Shown: positions 14,501-27,569 of the stretch, in pieces | How the letters are laid out: every line of letters begins with the position of its first letter | How positions within the stretch are numbered: position 1 is the stretch's first letter | Assembly (NCBI RefSeq): GCF_003704095.1 | Contig: NW_020844534.1 | Location: forward strand, 310,001-374,000 | Direction of reading: 5' to 3' | DNA length: 64,000 nt | Source: Pocillopora damicornis | Taxonomy: Eukaryota | Made by a program: the position numbers and the translations under genes | Notes under the pieces: model-generated | Seen by the model: only the letters and a program-made list of their open reading frames with translations | Databases searched by the model: none | Told to the model about the DNA's origin: nothing

Positions 14501-17500
14501 AATAGGATTGTTACTGTAAATCATAAAAATCCTAACTACTCTTTGAAAAAAAAAAAACAAAAACAAAACAGAAAAGCATATCAAAACACAACACAACAAA
14601 GAATAAACCAAGAAGTGAATATATAAGTTCCATCCAGAATAACTTTCTGATTTGCTCATTCAAGTACTGACCTAATAATCATGTAATCAAAATATAAACA
14701 AGCACCCTTATCTCCTTGTTATTAAGTTTTTCTCAATTAAGTATTGATCAAAAAATTTTTTGAAGAAACAGTATCTTACTTTAACCCTTTAACTCCCAAG
14801 ATCTGAGTGTTAATTCTCCTCTCTAGCTGCTACTCATTTCCTTGTAAATTAGTTATGAGAACTTGGTGCTAGATTAAGATAGCAGCTTCTATCTAAGAAG
14901 TTTGAATATTCTCATTGCCTGTTTGCCAGAGAATGTAAAGATATTACAGGGAGAAGTTTCATGTTGATCACTTCTGGGAGTTAAAGGGTTAACTACCACT
15001 TAAAACTGTACAGTTTTTTCATTCACTAAGTTGCACCAGAAAGTAAAATATAAAATTGTTTTAACCATCATCATGCCATAACAATATCAAGAACTAACCT
15101 TCATGATTTTGTTTCTTGGTAGCAAATTATTGTCCTCAATAAACTCAGGATTTGGCATGAAATGTGTCTGAGAATCAAGAAAATGATTTACTGAAGAGTT
15201 CAGTCAGATTGTTACAAAAGTTGAGAGGAGGTGCATTTAAAACATTGTTTAATGTTCAAGGTTACATATTTCATCATTTGTTTTCCAAGATTCAAACCAC
15301 TGTACATGGCAACAAACAGTTTTGTAAGGAGTTACCACATTAACTTGATTACATAATGTTCTGGAATAATTGCAGAATGCAAAAGAAAAATTGTTAATAA
15401 GTACTCCCCAAGCATAGAGTTGCATCTGGGCAACAAAACTAAAAAAGTTGATGAAATAAAGAACAAAAATGGTTAATGTAAAGATTAAATGTACACACTG
15501 AAAAGCAAGTTTTATAGTATAATTAAAAACAGAAGGAAAATGGTACTCACAGGTCTTACAGTTGACTCCAATGCTCTCAACACAGCTAATGGATCTCTAA
15601 AAAAAGGGAAAGTGTATGAGAGGATCCATTAAAATTCTACTTACAATTGACCTCTGGTTAGGCACTTCAGAAATAAAAAGAACCTTTTCAAATAAAGTGT
15701 TGCTTTATGTTTGCATTTAGTTATGATTTGGTTCAAACTAGATGAATCTTTTGGGAATTAAAATCTAAATTTGTTTGGAGGATAAAATTTAAAACAAATG
15801 TTGTGGTTTAATGCTTTTGACTGGTCTAAATCTTTTACAAGCCACTTTGATTTGTATCCTTCTTTGTTTCAAATCATGCCAAACAATACAACACAAAGAA
15901 AAATAAAAATGGATTTGATATCAGAAAAATTCAACCTGAGAAGATAACTGAATCACAACTTAAGTCAAGTTTAACCTACTTTAATTTGTACTTAATTTGT
16001 TCTAGATGCAATATTATTAAAAATAGATATCAACCCAGTTTAAAATAATTCTGCCCTGATTTCCACTTTACTTATAACATTAACAGTTACTGGGTAGTTC
16101 ATGTACGAGCTAGTTAGACAATCATGTTCAACTACCAGTAGTCTCAGAGGTCTGAAAGCAAACAAAGCAACTCACCTTTTCCTGGAAGAAGCATATAGAG
16201 CTTCTAAATCTAATGAAGAACAGAAAGAAGCTACTTTTTAAACTCAGAATCTTCACTTTCTGCATTTTTATTATCAACATGCCATAATTAATTTCACTGG
16301 AAAATAATACTCAATAAAATTGAAACCTATGAAAAAAAGCTCTAAATGCACTCATAGTTGAAAGGTGATGTTGTTCAGTGAATGACTCCAGCATACTCAG
16401 AAAAAATGAGGTCCAAGTGCTCTCAATGGAAGCTGATCCTATGACCTTCTGATTACTATTTTAAATGCTCTACCAGTAAACTACAGGAGACTCAAATCAG
16501 GCTAAGTGGTTTCACCTTTAACTCCCGAGATCTCGTAAGTAATTCTCCTTACTGTCTGCCAAACAATTCTCATTATGTTAGTTTGGAGAATTTGGTATCA
16601 GATCAATTAGTAATCCAATAATTGATATTTTTCTTCATTCTCATCACTTGTCTGCATGATATTGTATAGATATAGTAAGTAGAAATTCTGTCTTGGTCGC
16701 TCACAGGAGTTTAAAGGTTAACTAGGTCTATGGTGACTAACTCGTAGTCATTTTCAAATTAGTAAAAAGTGAGTACATGCAACTCACACATGGCTTTATC
16801 ATCTAATTCATCAGAAGATGACTTGGAGGGTGCAGTGCATAGTGGTCTGTAAAGGATAAAAAATGATGCAAATAATTACATGCTAATTCTGCATGTTGTT
16901 TGTTGATACATATGTTTAATTCTTTCACCCCCAATATCTCATTAGTAATTCTTTTTACTGTCTGTCACATATGATATGATGTTAGTTTAGAGAATTTGGT
17001 ATTGGATCAAGTAATAGTCCCCTGATTGATACTTTGTTATTCTCATTACTTGTCTGTATGATTGTCTATTGATATTGTAAAGACAAATAATGTCTTGGTC
17101 ACTCATGGGTCAGTTTAAGGGTTAAAGTCCACCTTTCCACAAAGAACTCAAAACAACGGAATCTAAGAAACTCGTGGTGGTGAAACATAGACACACTCAC
17201 AGGTTTTCATATGTACGCCTTCGTGTAAACCTCTGAAAAGTTTTAGCAGAGGCATAATCGTCGCTTGGCACATTCAGACCAAATGGGTAGTACACTAATG
17301 TAGTAGTGTAATGTAGTACACTTCCAAGAAGTCTTATATACACCTCATACTATCAGTGTGACCAGATGACTACCCGGTTAGTGTTTTATAGACAAATCAG
17401 TGCGTTTTGAACATACATGTAGCTTTGGCAGTCAACAGGTCAAAGTCAACCAAAATTTCCCGCAACTGATAAGAATTTCCAAAATTATCAGACTAAACTT

Positions 17501-17774
17501 TGCCTGATCTGCTAGAATCTGAAAAATCAGCCTTTCACTGCTGCTCTTTTCCATGGTATTCTACACTCTGTAAGTGAGGGTAATCTACATGTTAAAACAT
17601 ATGCACTTAGTCTGCCGCAATTTGACCTCGATCGTAAAATTTCAAGAGGCTTAAAACCCACCATAGGTACATTAGTGTTACCCTGTTGTCTTACCTCAGT
17701 GCTAGGGACCGATTTACGCGAATATGTTTTAACTTTCGTGCACAGCGACTACACATGGCCAACGAGGCCGCCAT
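81..17774 (-). CDS. PTCD3: Pentatricopeptide repeat domain-containing protein 3, mitochondrial (mS39)-like; multi-exon, 3' end beyond the left edge
   Basis: Hand-spliced, phase-consistent GT-AG exons: 17774-17695, 16846-16788, 16209-16176, 15596-15551, 15167-15099, 14478-14383, 14276-14210, 13841-13779, 12697-12603, 12416-12330, 11605-11574, 11224-11137, 10769-10706, 10569-10502, 9845-9797, 9448-9344. Further exons lie near 8400, 7680, 6730, 6390, 5750, 5140, 4140, 3630, 3130, 2400, 890 and 100 (approximate). Peptides DPLAVLRALESTV, AKRSGVEAAKFVI, VSLETQNNLLDL, AEQLFKSMTTKDGRTYEAMMLGLIK and PDLITFNSLMR resemble vertebrate PTCD3 as recalled (DKVAVLQALASTV, AKKSGENVAKFII, VSLETTNSLLDL). The Arg/Ala-rich N-terminus MAASLAMCSRCARKLKHIR looks like a mitochondrial presequence. 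Confidence 0.88.
415..595 (-). mobile_element. tRNA-derived SINE-like element
   Basis: The minus strand begins GGCACGGTGGTGAGAACGC...GACCCGGATTCGATTCCCGG, with pol III A/B-box-like spacing, then a non-tRNA body. It is intronic and does not form a proper cloverleaf. Confidence 0.6.
960..1260. repeat. Degenerate (AGTC)n-rich low-complexity tract
   Basis: Repeated CAGTCAGT/GGCAGTCAGT units. Confidence 0.8.
2527..2593. repeat. (CAA/CAG)n microsatellite
   Basis: About 22 trinucleotide units, intronic. Confidence 0.95.
11859..12065. mobile_element. piggyBac-like MITE copy
   Basis: AACCCTTTTACCCTCAAGATC...AATTCTCCTTACT...GGGAGTTAAAGGGTTAA. Confidence 0.75.
12882..12948. repeat. ~17-bp tandem minisatellite, 4 copies
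   Basis: TGCAACTTTTTTG(TTCA/CTCT) repeated four times. Confidence 0.9.
14781..14992. mobile_element. piggyBac-like MITE (TTAA-flanked), intact copy
   Basis: TTAA|CCCTTTAACTCCCA ... TGGGAGTTAAAGGG|TTAA: a 14-bp terminal inverted repeat, TTAA at both ends, no ORF. Confidence 0.8.
16510..17125. mobile_element. Two decayed MITE copies (~16510-16721 and ~16917-17125) flanking PTCD3 exon 2
   Basis: Both carry the AATTCT..TTACTGTCTG / GAGAATTTGGTAT / TGTCTTGGTC core and end in AAAGGTTAA or AAGGGTTAA. Confidence 0.7.
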
Positions 17775-17919
17775 CTTGTGCACTGTTTTTCTCGACACCA
17801 GTCCTCCACAGATGAAAATGAAAGATTCACGTGCGGAAGGTTACTGAATTTTGGCTGACCGTGCAGCGGCTTGCAGCAGCTTGCGGCGGCTGATTCTTTA
17901 CTGGTAAACAAATATCAAC
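17775..17919. promoter_or_regulatory. Bidirectional promoter / shared 5' region of PTCD3 and CUTC
   Basis: Divergent ATGs at 17774 (-) and 17920 (+) are separated by 145 bp that is locally richer in GC/CpG. A YY1-type AAGATGGCGGC overlaps the PTCD3 start codon. Confidence 0.75.
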
Positions 17920-20900
17920 ATGGAAGTATGTGTAGACTCTGTACAGTCTGCTTTAAATGCTGAAAAAGGAGGTAAGAAATGTTTTAGCTGTTTATATTAG
18001 TGTCCTTCTAATTACAATAACACGATACAATCCTCAGATTTCGTTTCAAAATAGCACGTCAGTTCATTCCCTCTTCTACCTGGATCTAGTTGTGTCTGAC
18101 AAACCTAAAATGAGTTAGTGCCCCATTATTCTTTCATCGTTTCCATCATAACTTATCTCGTGAGACATTGGAGAAGTCATTTTTCAAGGATTAATTCACA
18201 AACCTGTCGAACAAGTACACCGTATTTTGGCGGTATTACGGTCGTTGTCACCAAAGCGTGTTACTTAACTACTACTACTGCTAATAATAAACTTTATTAA
18301 AGTGTCGAACCATGTGGCCTGGGAGAACCCATGGTAAAATTTCCGCACAACCCCATACTACGTTATGCATCCAGATCTGGATAGAGAAAACAATGACAAA
18401 AACAATACATTGCCATTAGGAAAACAGATTTNNNNNNNNNNNNNNNNNNNNNNNNNNNNNNNNNNNNNNNNNNNNNNNNNNNNNNNNNNNNNNNNNNNNN
18501 NNNNNNNNNNNNNNNNNNNNNNNNNNNNNNNGATTAGATTTCTTAGTCGCATGAGGACAGCAATTCTTTGACTGGCCTTCTTGCATGCTGAATTTACATG
18601 TTCAGAAAAATTTAATCTGGAATCTATTGTTACTCTATTGTTACTATAGGAAGTAGTGATGTTTATTTGGCATGATGGTTTTTACTGCATGGCTAGGTGG
18701 GTGGGGGGATAAATTTGCCTATATCAAACTTACCTACACATTCAGATACACAATCAATTTGCATGCATGTGTAACTAACAGAAAAGAAAATATTACTAAA
18801 ATCATGAAAACCAACATACAAGTTGCTACCCTATGTTTTTCCTTCCTGCAACTCACTTCCATCCTCTTCTGCCTTCCTCCATGTAAGTAAGTAATGACCA
18901 TTCTTGAAATTTCTGTTAATAAACTCACCAAAAACCTGTTGGGAAGTCCATTAAAGCAAAGGTCAGTTAAATTTAACCAACTGGAGGTCTGCTTCCAGGC
19001 ATGGCAAAATCCGTGATATTAATTTACTCTTCCAAGCACATTGACACTAGTGATGCTACAATATTTGGATTGTGTGTACAGTAGATAGTCTTGGTTATAG
19101 GTTGGTCAATGTCTGGGTGTATGGTTGATTGACATGTACATAGAAATTTGGTAGAGAGTTGATTAACAGAGCATCGTTATACACCAATAACAACAAACCA
19201 AGGTGCTCTAAATAGCTACAAGTAAACCTTTCAACCTTGTAGCCTGACTTGACAAAGACTAGCAGTGCAGCAGTAAAAAAGTTGTGATCAACACTCGATT
19301 GATTAGCCTGACTCTTTCATTGTAAGACAAATGATTGCACATTCATTTTCCATAACAGTTGGTTGATAGTTGCTCTACAGGCAGCTTATTGGTGACCATA
19401 CCTTCATTGATAGTGGATTGACTTCTCAGTAGAGATTTTGGTTGACTATTGAGACACCAAGACACATGTCTTCTACCGGAAGAGTATTACCAAACTATTG
19501 GCTGATTATTGGTCAGCTATTGTCTGACTGTGTGCTGACTAGCAACCAATTATCTACAGTGTATTCCTATAACTACCACCTGTAATTATCTACCAATGTG
19601 TTAATCAACTCTCAATTAACATATCAACTGATAAATTGACTGTTCTATTGACCAAGGATAATCACCGTACATATGATCTGGGTAGTCTTTGTCTACTCAC
19701 AAAGGTGTATACTTCTGAAAAATTAATGATTTTAAAGTCAGTGTTTAATGATGAACACCCTCAAAGTCTTGGAACAAACCAGCAAAATGATATAACACAA
19801 TAAACTTTGGGTTAAACAAAATTATTTATGAATATCTTGCACACTTATAACAGAGTAACTTTGCTATCTAATGAGAATTTTTACAAGAGATGCAGTGGAT
19901 TTTCAGAGAGCAGACACGCAATATTTTTAAATACTTAGATTGTTTACCATATTGAATTCTACCCTATATGGGAAGGGGTTTTAAAGAACAGTGGAAATAA
20001 AGCTCTTGCTAGTGATTCTTTTATTACAAATTGTATAGGGAAATTTAAAATTAAATTTCTTGTTTATAATGTCTAAGGTAGAATTTTTATGATTTTGATC
20101 AACATTCCTAGCTTTGTGGCTGTTTTATATATACATGTAGGTGCCACTCGTGTTGAACTGTGCTCCAATCTGATGGAAGGTGGAACCACACCATCTCTAG
20201 GCAGGTGAATTTTACCATAATGTGGAGTGGTAGTTGTAAATACTTTACTGTTACCACTCAATGTCTGTGCTTCTCATACATTTTGGTAGTCAATTTTTCT
20301 TGTTGGGATCAAGATCTTTTAACCCTTTTTCACTCTTAAATCTCAAGAGTAATTCTTTTTACTATCTGACATACAGTTCTTCTGATGTAAATTCCAAGAA
20401 TCTGGTATTACAGTAACTGTAATTAAATACTCCCCTAACTGACATTTTCTTTTTATTCACATTGCTTGTCTTCTTGATACTGTATTGATGTAGTGTGCAG
20501 AGGGAGTTAAAGGGTTGAAATTCTTTTCCACTTTACAGTACTCTATTTAGTGACAATTTCAATACCTGAAGGGCTATAATATTTGATCATGGTGATGTTC
20601 ACGGCAACAAAAAACAGCAAGAATGATCTCTGCTTTTATTCTCTTTCCTGTCTTAACTTTGATCAACAGCGTTGGAAATTAGCCCAAAATTACATGTTCC
20701 TAGTAAAAGCAAATATGTTAACTTAAGTTCGAAAAATGACTGAAAGAAGAAGGAAATAAGTTCCTTTTTTGCTATTCAAGTTTTGCTGTAAATATTGTAC
20801 TTAATGTCTCCAGTATTTCTAGGTTCAAGTTGCTTGTGTGAAGCTTAAATATCTTATTTTTGCAGGAATGTTTAGAATTATCAAACAAAGATCACCAATT

Positions 20901-23900
20901 CCAGTGTTTGTAATGATAAGGCCAAGAGGAGGGGACTTTCTTTACACTGAGAATGAATTTGAAGTAATGAAGGAAGATGTCAAGATATTCAAGGAAGCTG
21001 GAGCAGATGGAGTAGTGTTTGGCATCCTTACAAGGTGTGTGAGTGTCAGAAATTTTTTAACTGCAGTCCTCTTTTATGAAGCTATTCAGGTAGAGCTGTA
21101 TGCTCAGGTGAAATAAACTAAGAAAAACTTCAGTGCTTATAATTTCGGCATTTCTTAATTCATGTTATACCCTAATGTTAGCATTCATATTCTCCTTAGT
21201 TTGCTGTGTATATCCTTTAGTACTGACCACTGTCTTAGTGACAAGGATAACTTGTGTGACAGTCAAGAGCTTCTGAAATTGTTGATCATTTCTTTTATTC
21301 TTATGACTTTTATATTTGATTCAAGAGTGATACTGTAAGGTCAGAAGTTAGAAGCCAGTCATTCTTAGAGAGTTAAAAGGGTTATGGTGGCACTTCACAG
21401 CCAGTTGTACTACTCAGAAAGGAACTTTTATAGACTTCGCACCTAAACTTTACATTATTGGAATTCTTCAACCAATAAGGTCATGTGCTGACTTTTGCTC
21501 TACAACATTCAATTTGTTAAATAAGATTTGTAGGGAACAAAGCTTATAAACAGTGTGGTATAATATTTCAAGTACATGTAATTCTAGTTCTTACAAGATG
21601 TAAACTTTATCAGCTGTTAATCATTGTTTTAGACATTTGTTTACTATATTTAACAAACAGTCTGTAGGTGTTCATTAATACTTAGCTCTTAATTTATGTA
21701 ATTAATTTGTTTCTCTGTTGTAAGTTATCAGAGGCAGATGCATGTAGATATTCTGTAAATAAACTATTATTATTATTACTGGTATTGTTATTAATATTAT
21801 GATGATGATGATTATTTTCATTACATCATTGCTTTCATTATATTTAGAGTATTATTGTTGATGATAAATATTTATGTCATCCTTTAGTGAAGGGGCAGTG
21901 GACACATTGAGGTGTGAAGAACTCAGAGGTTGGGTTAATTTTTATTACAATTATGTATTTCTTCAATACAGTGTGGTAGCATGTTAGTGCAAGTGTCCTC
22001 ATCTCTGCTATTTTTTAGTAAGCACAATGTAGAGAATCTCTAATATATATCAGTTTGTGTTTGTCGCAAAAACTAAGTGAGAGTAGGGAGAATTTAAAAC
22101 AAGTATAAAACAGTTGAACTTAACCTCAGATAAAGGTCACTGGCCATTTTAGAAAGGAGAAAGGAAGCTTTTTAAGGGGGGGAGGGGGTAGTGATTCAGA
22201 TTGGTAAAAGTGAAAATTATGGACTACTGTGGCATTGGCTACCATGATGAGCAGGTTCCCATCTAGAGCTGGCCATTTGTGGAGGTGTGACTCCATTTAT
22301 CAATTAAAACCTCTGCTCTTGAGTAAGAAGCACTTTGCAATTCCCTTACTTTCCTACTCTGAAATAATATTATTTTAATTTAAAAAGGTATCAACTTTAT
22401 TTTATTATGTTTCTCTGAATTTTTGATAATTGTCTTTTCCTCTTTGTTTTTGTTTAGATCTGGCAAGTCCACTTCAAGCTACTTTCCACAGAGGTAGTTC
22501 TCTCTTATCTTTTCTTTTCATACTTAGTGTTGAATATTCCAGAGTTAATTCTTTGTAAAGTATCAAATTTTTCATAAGATTTAGACAAGTTACTCAATGT
22601 TGGACTGTGTACAGAGGTTTATTTTTACAAACCTAACTCCAATACTTCAATATGTTTAAAATATTGAGTGTACCTGTTAGAAAAAAGTAAAGTAAACAAA
22701 ATAATGTAAAGTAACACATGAAGTTTGATAAACCAGCTTTATTTCAAGCTATCTGATATATATATATTTTAGAAGTTTATTGATAAATGTTAGTTTGTTA
22801 TTGAACCATTTTTGTGGCTCCAGTTGACTTAAGTTAGAATGTTTTACTTTTTGCAGCTTTTGACATGCTCAAGGATCCTTACACATCTTTAGAGGTTATT
22901 ATTAAGATAGGCTTTGAGCGTATCTTAACTAGTGGACAAGACTCTTCAGCACTGGAAGGATTACAAACTATAACACATCTAATTGAAAAGGTATTCATGG
23001 GCTCCAAGTTCCCTTTTTCCAAAAGTTGCCTTTTGGTGACCTTCAGCTATAAAATGGTTGCTATAGCAAAAAAATTTGGTCACTGAAAAAAAAATCATCA
23101 TAATGTACCAGCAAGGACATGCTGGTACATTTGTTAATTCAACCAAACATTAATAGATTTTTCTAATTTTTTTCCCAAATCTGTTGGTAGCCAATCAGCA
23201 ACTTTCACTAAAATTTTAGTTTCTGTGTATATTTTTTACTTGCCATGGTGACCAAAACAGTCTCAAATTGGAGGGCTGTAATGAGTATTTTTTGAAAATT
23301 CAGCCAAGATTGAAAGTTAACAAACTCAAAGAGAAGAAACTTAAACTTCAAAGATAGCATCAGCTGAAAATGTCATTTATACAAAGTAACAGTTTTCTTT
23401 GTGTGATTAGTTATTTAAAAAAGTATACATGTCTTAAATGACATGGATAATTTGAAGTTTTGTCCTTCTTAGGCTAAAGACAGAATTACCATTGTCCCAG
23501 GTAGGTTCTTCTATTCACAACAAGTCATTGTCTTCTATTTTATTTTTTGTATGATTCAGTTTTAAGGTACATGTTTTCACAAGTTCCTCTGTTGAATAGC
23601 TTATTAAGGAAAATACAGTCCATGAGTTTGACTGGTTGACCTCATAAAAATTAAGATATTTTGATAATTCTATTTTAGTCTGTTTTAATTTATCTTCTGT
23701 TTAGTACCTGAAAACTAGCTTGAGAATGTTTCTCACCAATAGCTACGCGTGTATTTACACAGTAAACCAGTATGAATGTGTGTATGTATGTAGATACAAT
23801 TTTTTGTCAATGAATTTTGACTTAGTCATCATCATCATGATTACTATAATTATTATTGTAATTATTATGATTTTTATTATTTCATTCTCAACGATTCTGT

Positions 23901-24277
23901 TTAAGAACCTAATATGCATTGATTTCTGACCTAAAGGGGCACAATGTAGTCTGCTCATTCAAAGGGTTTTCCCCCCTACTGTAGCAGCAATATGGTTGAG
24001 GCAAGGTTTTCAATTTTTTCCAAGAGGATGTGAAGGATCACCTGTTATTTTTGTAGGTGGTGGAATAACTGAACGTAATTTGGAACGTATACTACTGGAA
24101 TCTGGTGCTAGGGAATTTCATTGTTCAGCCCGGCATTCTATATCATCTGTTATGGAGTATAGGAACACTAATTGTCCTATGGGGGGGACCCTGAATCCAC
24201 CTGAATTTGTTACAAAGGTGGCAAGCTATGAGAAAGTTAAAAACCTTGTTTTTGTTGCAAGATCAGTTATTTCTTGA
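17920..24277 (+). CDS. CUTC: Copper homeostasis protein cutC homolog, 8 exons, 246 aa
   Basis: Exons 17920-17971, 20141-20200, 20866-21034, 21888-21928, 22458-22493, 22857-22990, 23473-23500 and 24057-24277 total 741 nt, in frame. CutC motifs: MEVCVDSV, RVELCSNLMEGGTTPS, VFVMIRPRGGDFLY, GADGVVFGILT, TFHRAFD, RILTSGQ, PGGGITERN, EFHCSAR. Confidence 0.96.
18432..18531. other. Assembly gap (100 N) in CUTC intron 1
   Basis: Run of exactly 100 N. Confidence 1.
20319..20518. mobile_element. Decayed MITE copy in CUTC intron 2
   Basis: TTAACCCTTTT ... GGGAGTTAAAGGGTTGAA with the same internal core. Confidence 0.65.
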
Positions 24278-27200
24278 TTTATAACACTAGTTTACATTCT
24301 GGTCTGAAAATTTAAGATTATTATTACATTAGATAGATAGTTTATTTATAAAATTATATTGACACTATTGCGCAAAAGTTTACACATGTATCATCATTAC
24401 ATACACCTTTAAGAAATATGAACAATACCTTTATGAACTATCCTGTCCCATCATTATTATGTTTGTTCCTTTGGCAAGTGATATGGTGATTAACTGTTCA
24501 AGTTATATCTAAAACTACTCGGGCAAATTCTTGCAAACTCCTCTTATAAATAGGATCCATACCTTTGCACGAATTTTTTAAAAAATTCTACCTTGCCATC
24601 TAACAAACTTTGTATTTTATGTCAACAGTCTTGATTGTGTAAGACAGGGAAAACTATACTGTTTCCCTTCGTAAAATCCTCTTTAATTTTGTTTATAAAA
24701 AACCCTTCTGTATTGTTTGAACTGGTTTCTTTGTACCCTGTTGTAAAGTTACAATATTTACCTTAAGCGTAATGTAGTATGAAAGTTAGAAGCATCATAT
24801 GCGAAACAAAATGTTATGCGACCTAAAATTAATTTTACATTTTATTAATGAACCCTACAGCTGCCAAGCTCTGATTTATGATTCTCTTTTTTATTTATAT
24901 GATTTACATTTTTACGTGAAATAGTGCTATGACACAGTAACAACGTCTCCAAGATAAGATTGTTTCCTTGTCACTTTTTAAATGGATAATACATCGATAT
25001 TATTAGAAGTGACGTGTCGTTCATTTCTGGGAAACAAAGGGTTCAGAAGCTCTATCTAAAATTTCTGTCCCTAATATCAAATGTCAAACTTTCACCTTCT
25101 AAAGCTCCTTTGCACAATACAGTGTATCACATGATCAAATATCACATGCGACACACGTAACAACACACGCGTTGAAACAATCTTTTGGTCCCCTAACGTA
25201 AAAGTCAGAAATATGGTAGTTTGCCTTTGATTGTGGACTATGCCATCAAATGGAACATAGTTCAAATTATGGACAGAGTACATGTAGTCGTAATACAGCA
25301 CTGTCCACTCAAAAACAATATTTTTTTTAAACGTCAAAGGAAGACAATTTGAGGAGCCTTCAGTGAAGGGCTTTTATGGTAATTATCTTTAGTTTGTTCA
25401 CTCGTGGAGTCTTCTTACCGCTGCTAACATTATTTTCTAGAGTATCATCATGTTATGTCTTAGCCTTCGTTTATTCCGATCCATCTTGAGTCCTACAGGA
25501 GATGTTAAGAAATGTTGTGCCAATACTCGTGTACTGTTACCGTGTTGGGGGACGAATTGAAACTTTATTCAAAGCGCTGTACAAGAAGAAGCGTAACACC
25601 CGTTTTAGAACTGTGTTCTTCTAAAGTATGCGAGCAGTTGGTTCTATATATTTTCGTATCTATTTCGGATACATTTACCTGTCTCCATTGCACTTTGCAT
25701 CAGCAATATATACAGTTCTGCTCAAAAATTGGGGGGGGGGGAAGTATGCGCGTAAAACGCGTATGAGACCGTCTCATAAATCTTGGGCTTAATATATCAT
25801 CGTTAATTTATAGTTAGAATTTGTTTTTATCAATGCGGGACAGGGAGGGGGAGGGATAGGCGAAAAGGGCATTGCCAATCGCTTACTCTGTGTCACTTGG
25901 AATAATTGTATAAACCTTATATGGTAAGAATACACATACTCGTTTCGACTACTATTCCTCACACAACAAAATTTTGTCGTGGATGTATTGCTATAGAGAA
26001 GTAAGACTTAGAAGTACCTAGGCAGTAAAAATGAGAACAAACTTCAGTTGGGATCAATTAATCAAGACTCGTACATGTTAGATGAAGATCTCTGTCTATT
26101 TCTTTTTGCGGTGGTTGTGTGTTTGGTAACACTCTTAATGAACAAACCGAAAAGCAGGGAAAAAAAAAAACGGAAGTTATAGCATGATGTTTAGAAGTCC
26201 CGCAAAATTTTTATTACCTTGTTTCTTTTATGATCTCTGAAAATGTTTCACAAAGATGCTTTGCCAAAAGTTCGATTGAAATGTTCAAATCTAGAACAGC
26301 TCACATGCATTGGGATCACTTTGAGGAAAAAGGTCTCAATTGGTATTTAAACTATTTGAAATACTTTTTTGTTCAATTACTGCATAACTACACACAGATA
26401 AGTTTTTAGTTTGCGTCATTGATAATTCTCTTATCTTTTCTTTTTACACGTTGTTGTTCAAAGTTTCTGATAATTTTCTTTAGAAACTAACGGGTTCTAT
26501 TAACCGCTTTTTCTTGCTCTAAAGGTGCTAGCCATGCTTTTGTTAAGCTCAGTTCTGATTGGCGTTCTCCTAATTGCGTTCGCCCATTTTGTTAGGGCTA
26601 TTACGTAACCGTCAATGCACTGAACGATGTTCTTACTCAATTAAAGTGGTTATTTTCCAACTTTTTTCTGTCAGGTATTCAACAGGTTTATCGAAGTCGG
26701 CTGCAATATCTATTATTTTGATGTTTTCACTTTTGAGGGAGAGGTAAACCTATCCAAGTAGAAAATGGCACGCTGATGATTAATAAAAACAAATCTATTG
26801 TGGTTAACAGAGGGACCGCTTTGAACATTAAACTGTACATTCATTATGTCCCACTCCTAACCCTGTGCCCAAAAAGGTTTGGTTCAACGATTTTTTTTAA
26901 GGAGCATTTGCTTCCCATGATTGCCTTATTGCGGTTTGTTTTTTTATGAGATTTAGATTGTCCTATATCGTTAAACAGAATCTCTAAACTTCTACTGACG
27001 TCTTTAAGTAAGCGGCTTTGGAAATGAACCACAATGGATACAAAGGGATTACTACAATACCGTTTACATGCAAATCGTTTCAATTGGCTGTGTTTACGCG
27101 CTTGATTGATTACAAAGTCTTATGAAATTTAATGTCAACCAGTTACGTCGCTTACGACAACATGCCGTGTTAAGTGGGAGAGAAGGCATGACCCTGATGT

Positions 27201-27569
27201 CTGATAAACCTGATGTCTGATAAATCCAATTTCGTAGCAATCACGGTCATTTGCACGTGATTAGTTCAACTCTACATGTTCGTGAGGATGGCAAAGTTTC
27301 AAATGAGTTCTTTTATTTTGTAAAAGCTCGCGGTGGAAGTCAAAACAAAGGCTATTTACCCAGAGAGCATTTGTGAGTCGCTACAAAAAGTTAACAGGTA
27401 AGAGCGAGCGACGGAAACGACTGTCAAAAAAGTTGTCTATATGACCAACGAAAGGCTACTTTGTGACGCAGAAGTAAGGTCCTGCATTCGTCTGCCTTCG
27501 TCAGTTGATGATAGAGAACCTTAAAAGTCTACTACTGTGAGCGGCGGTTCTTGTGAGGAAAACTTAACA

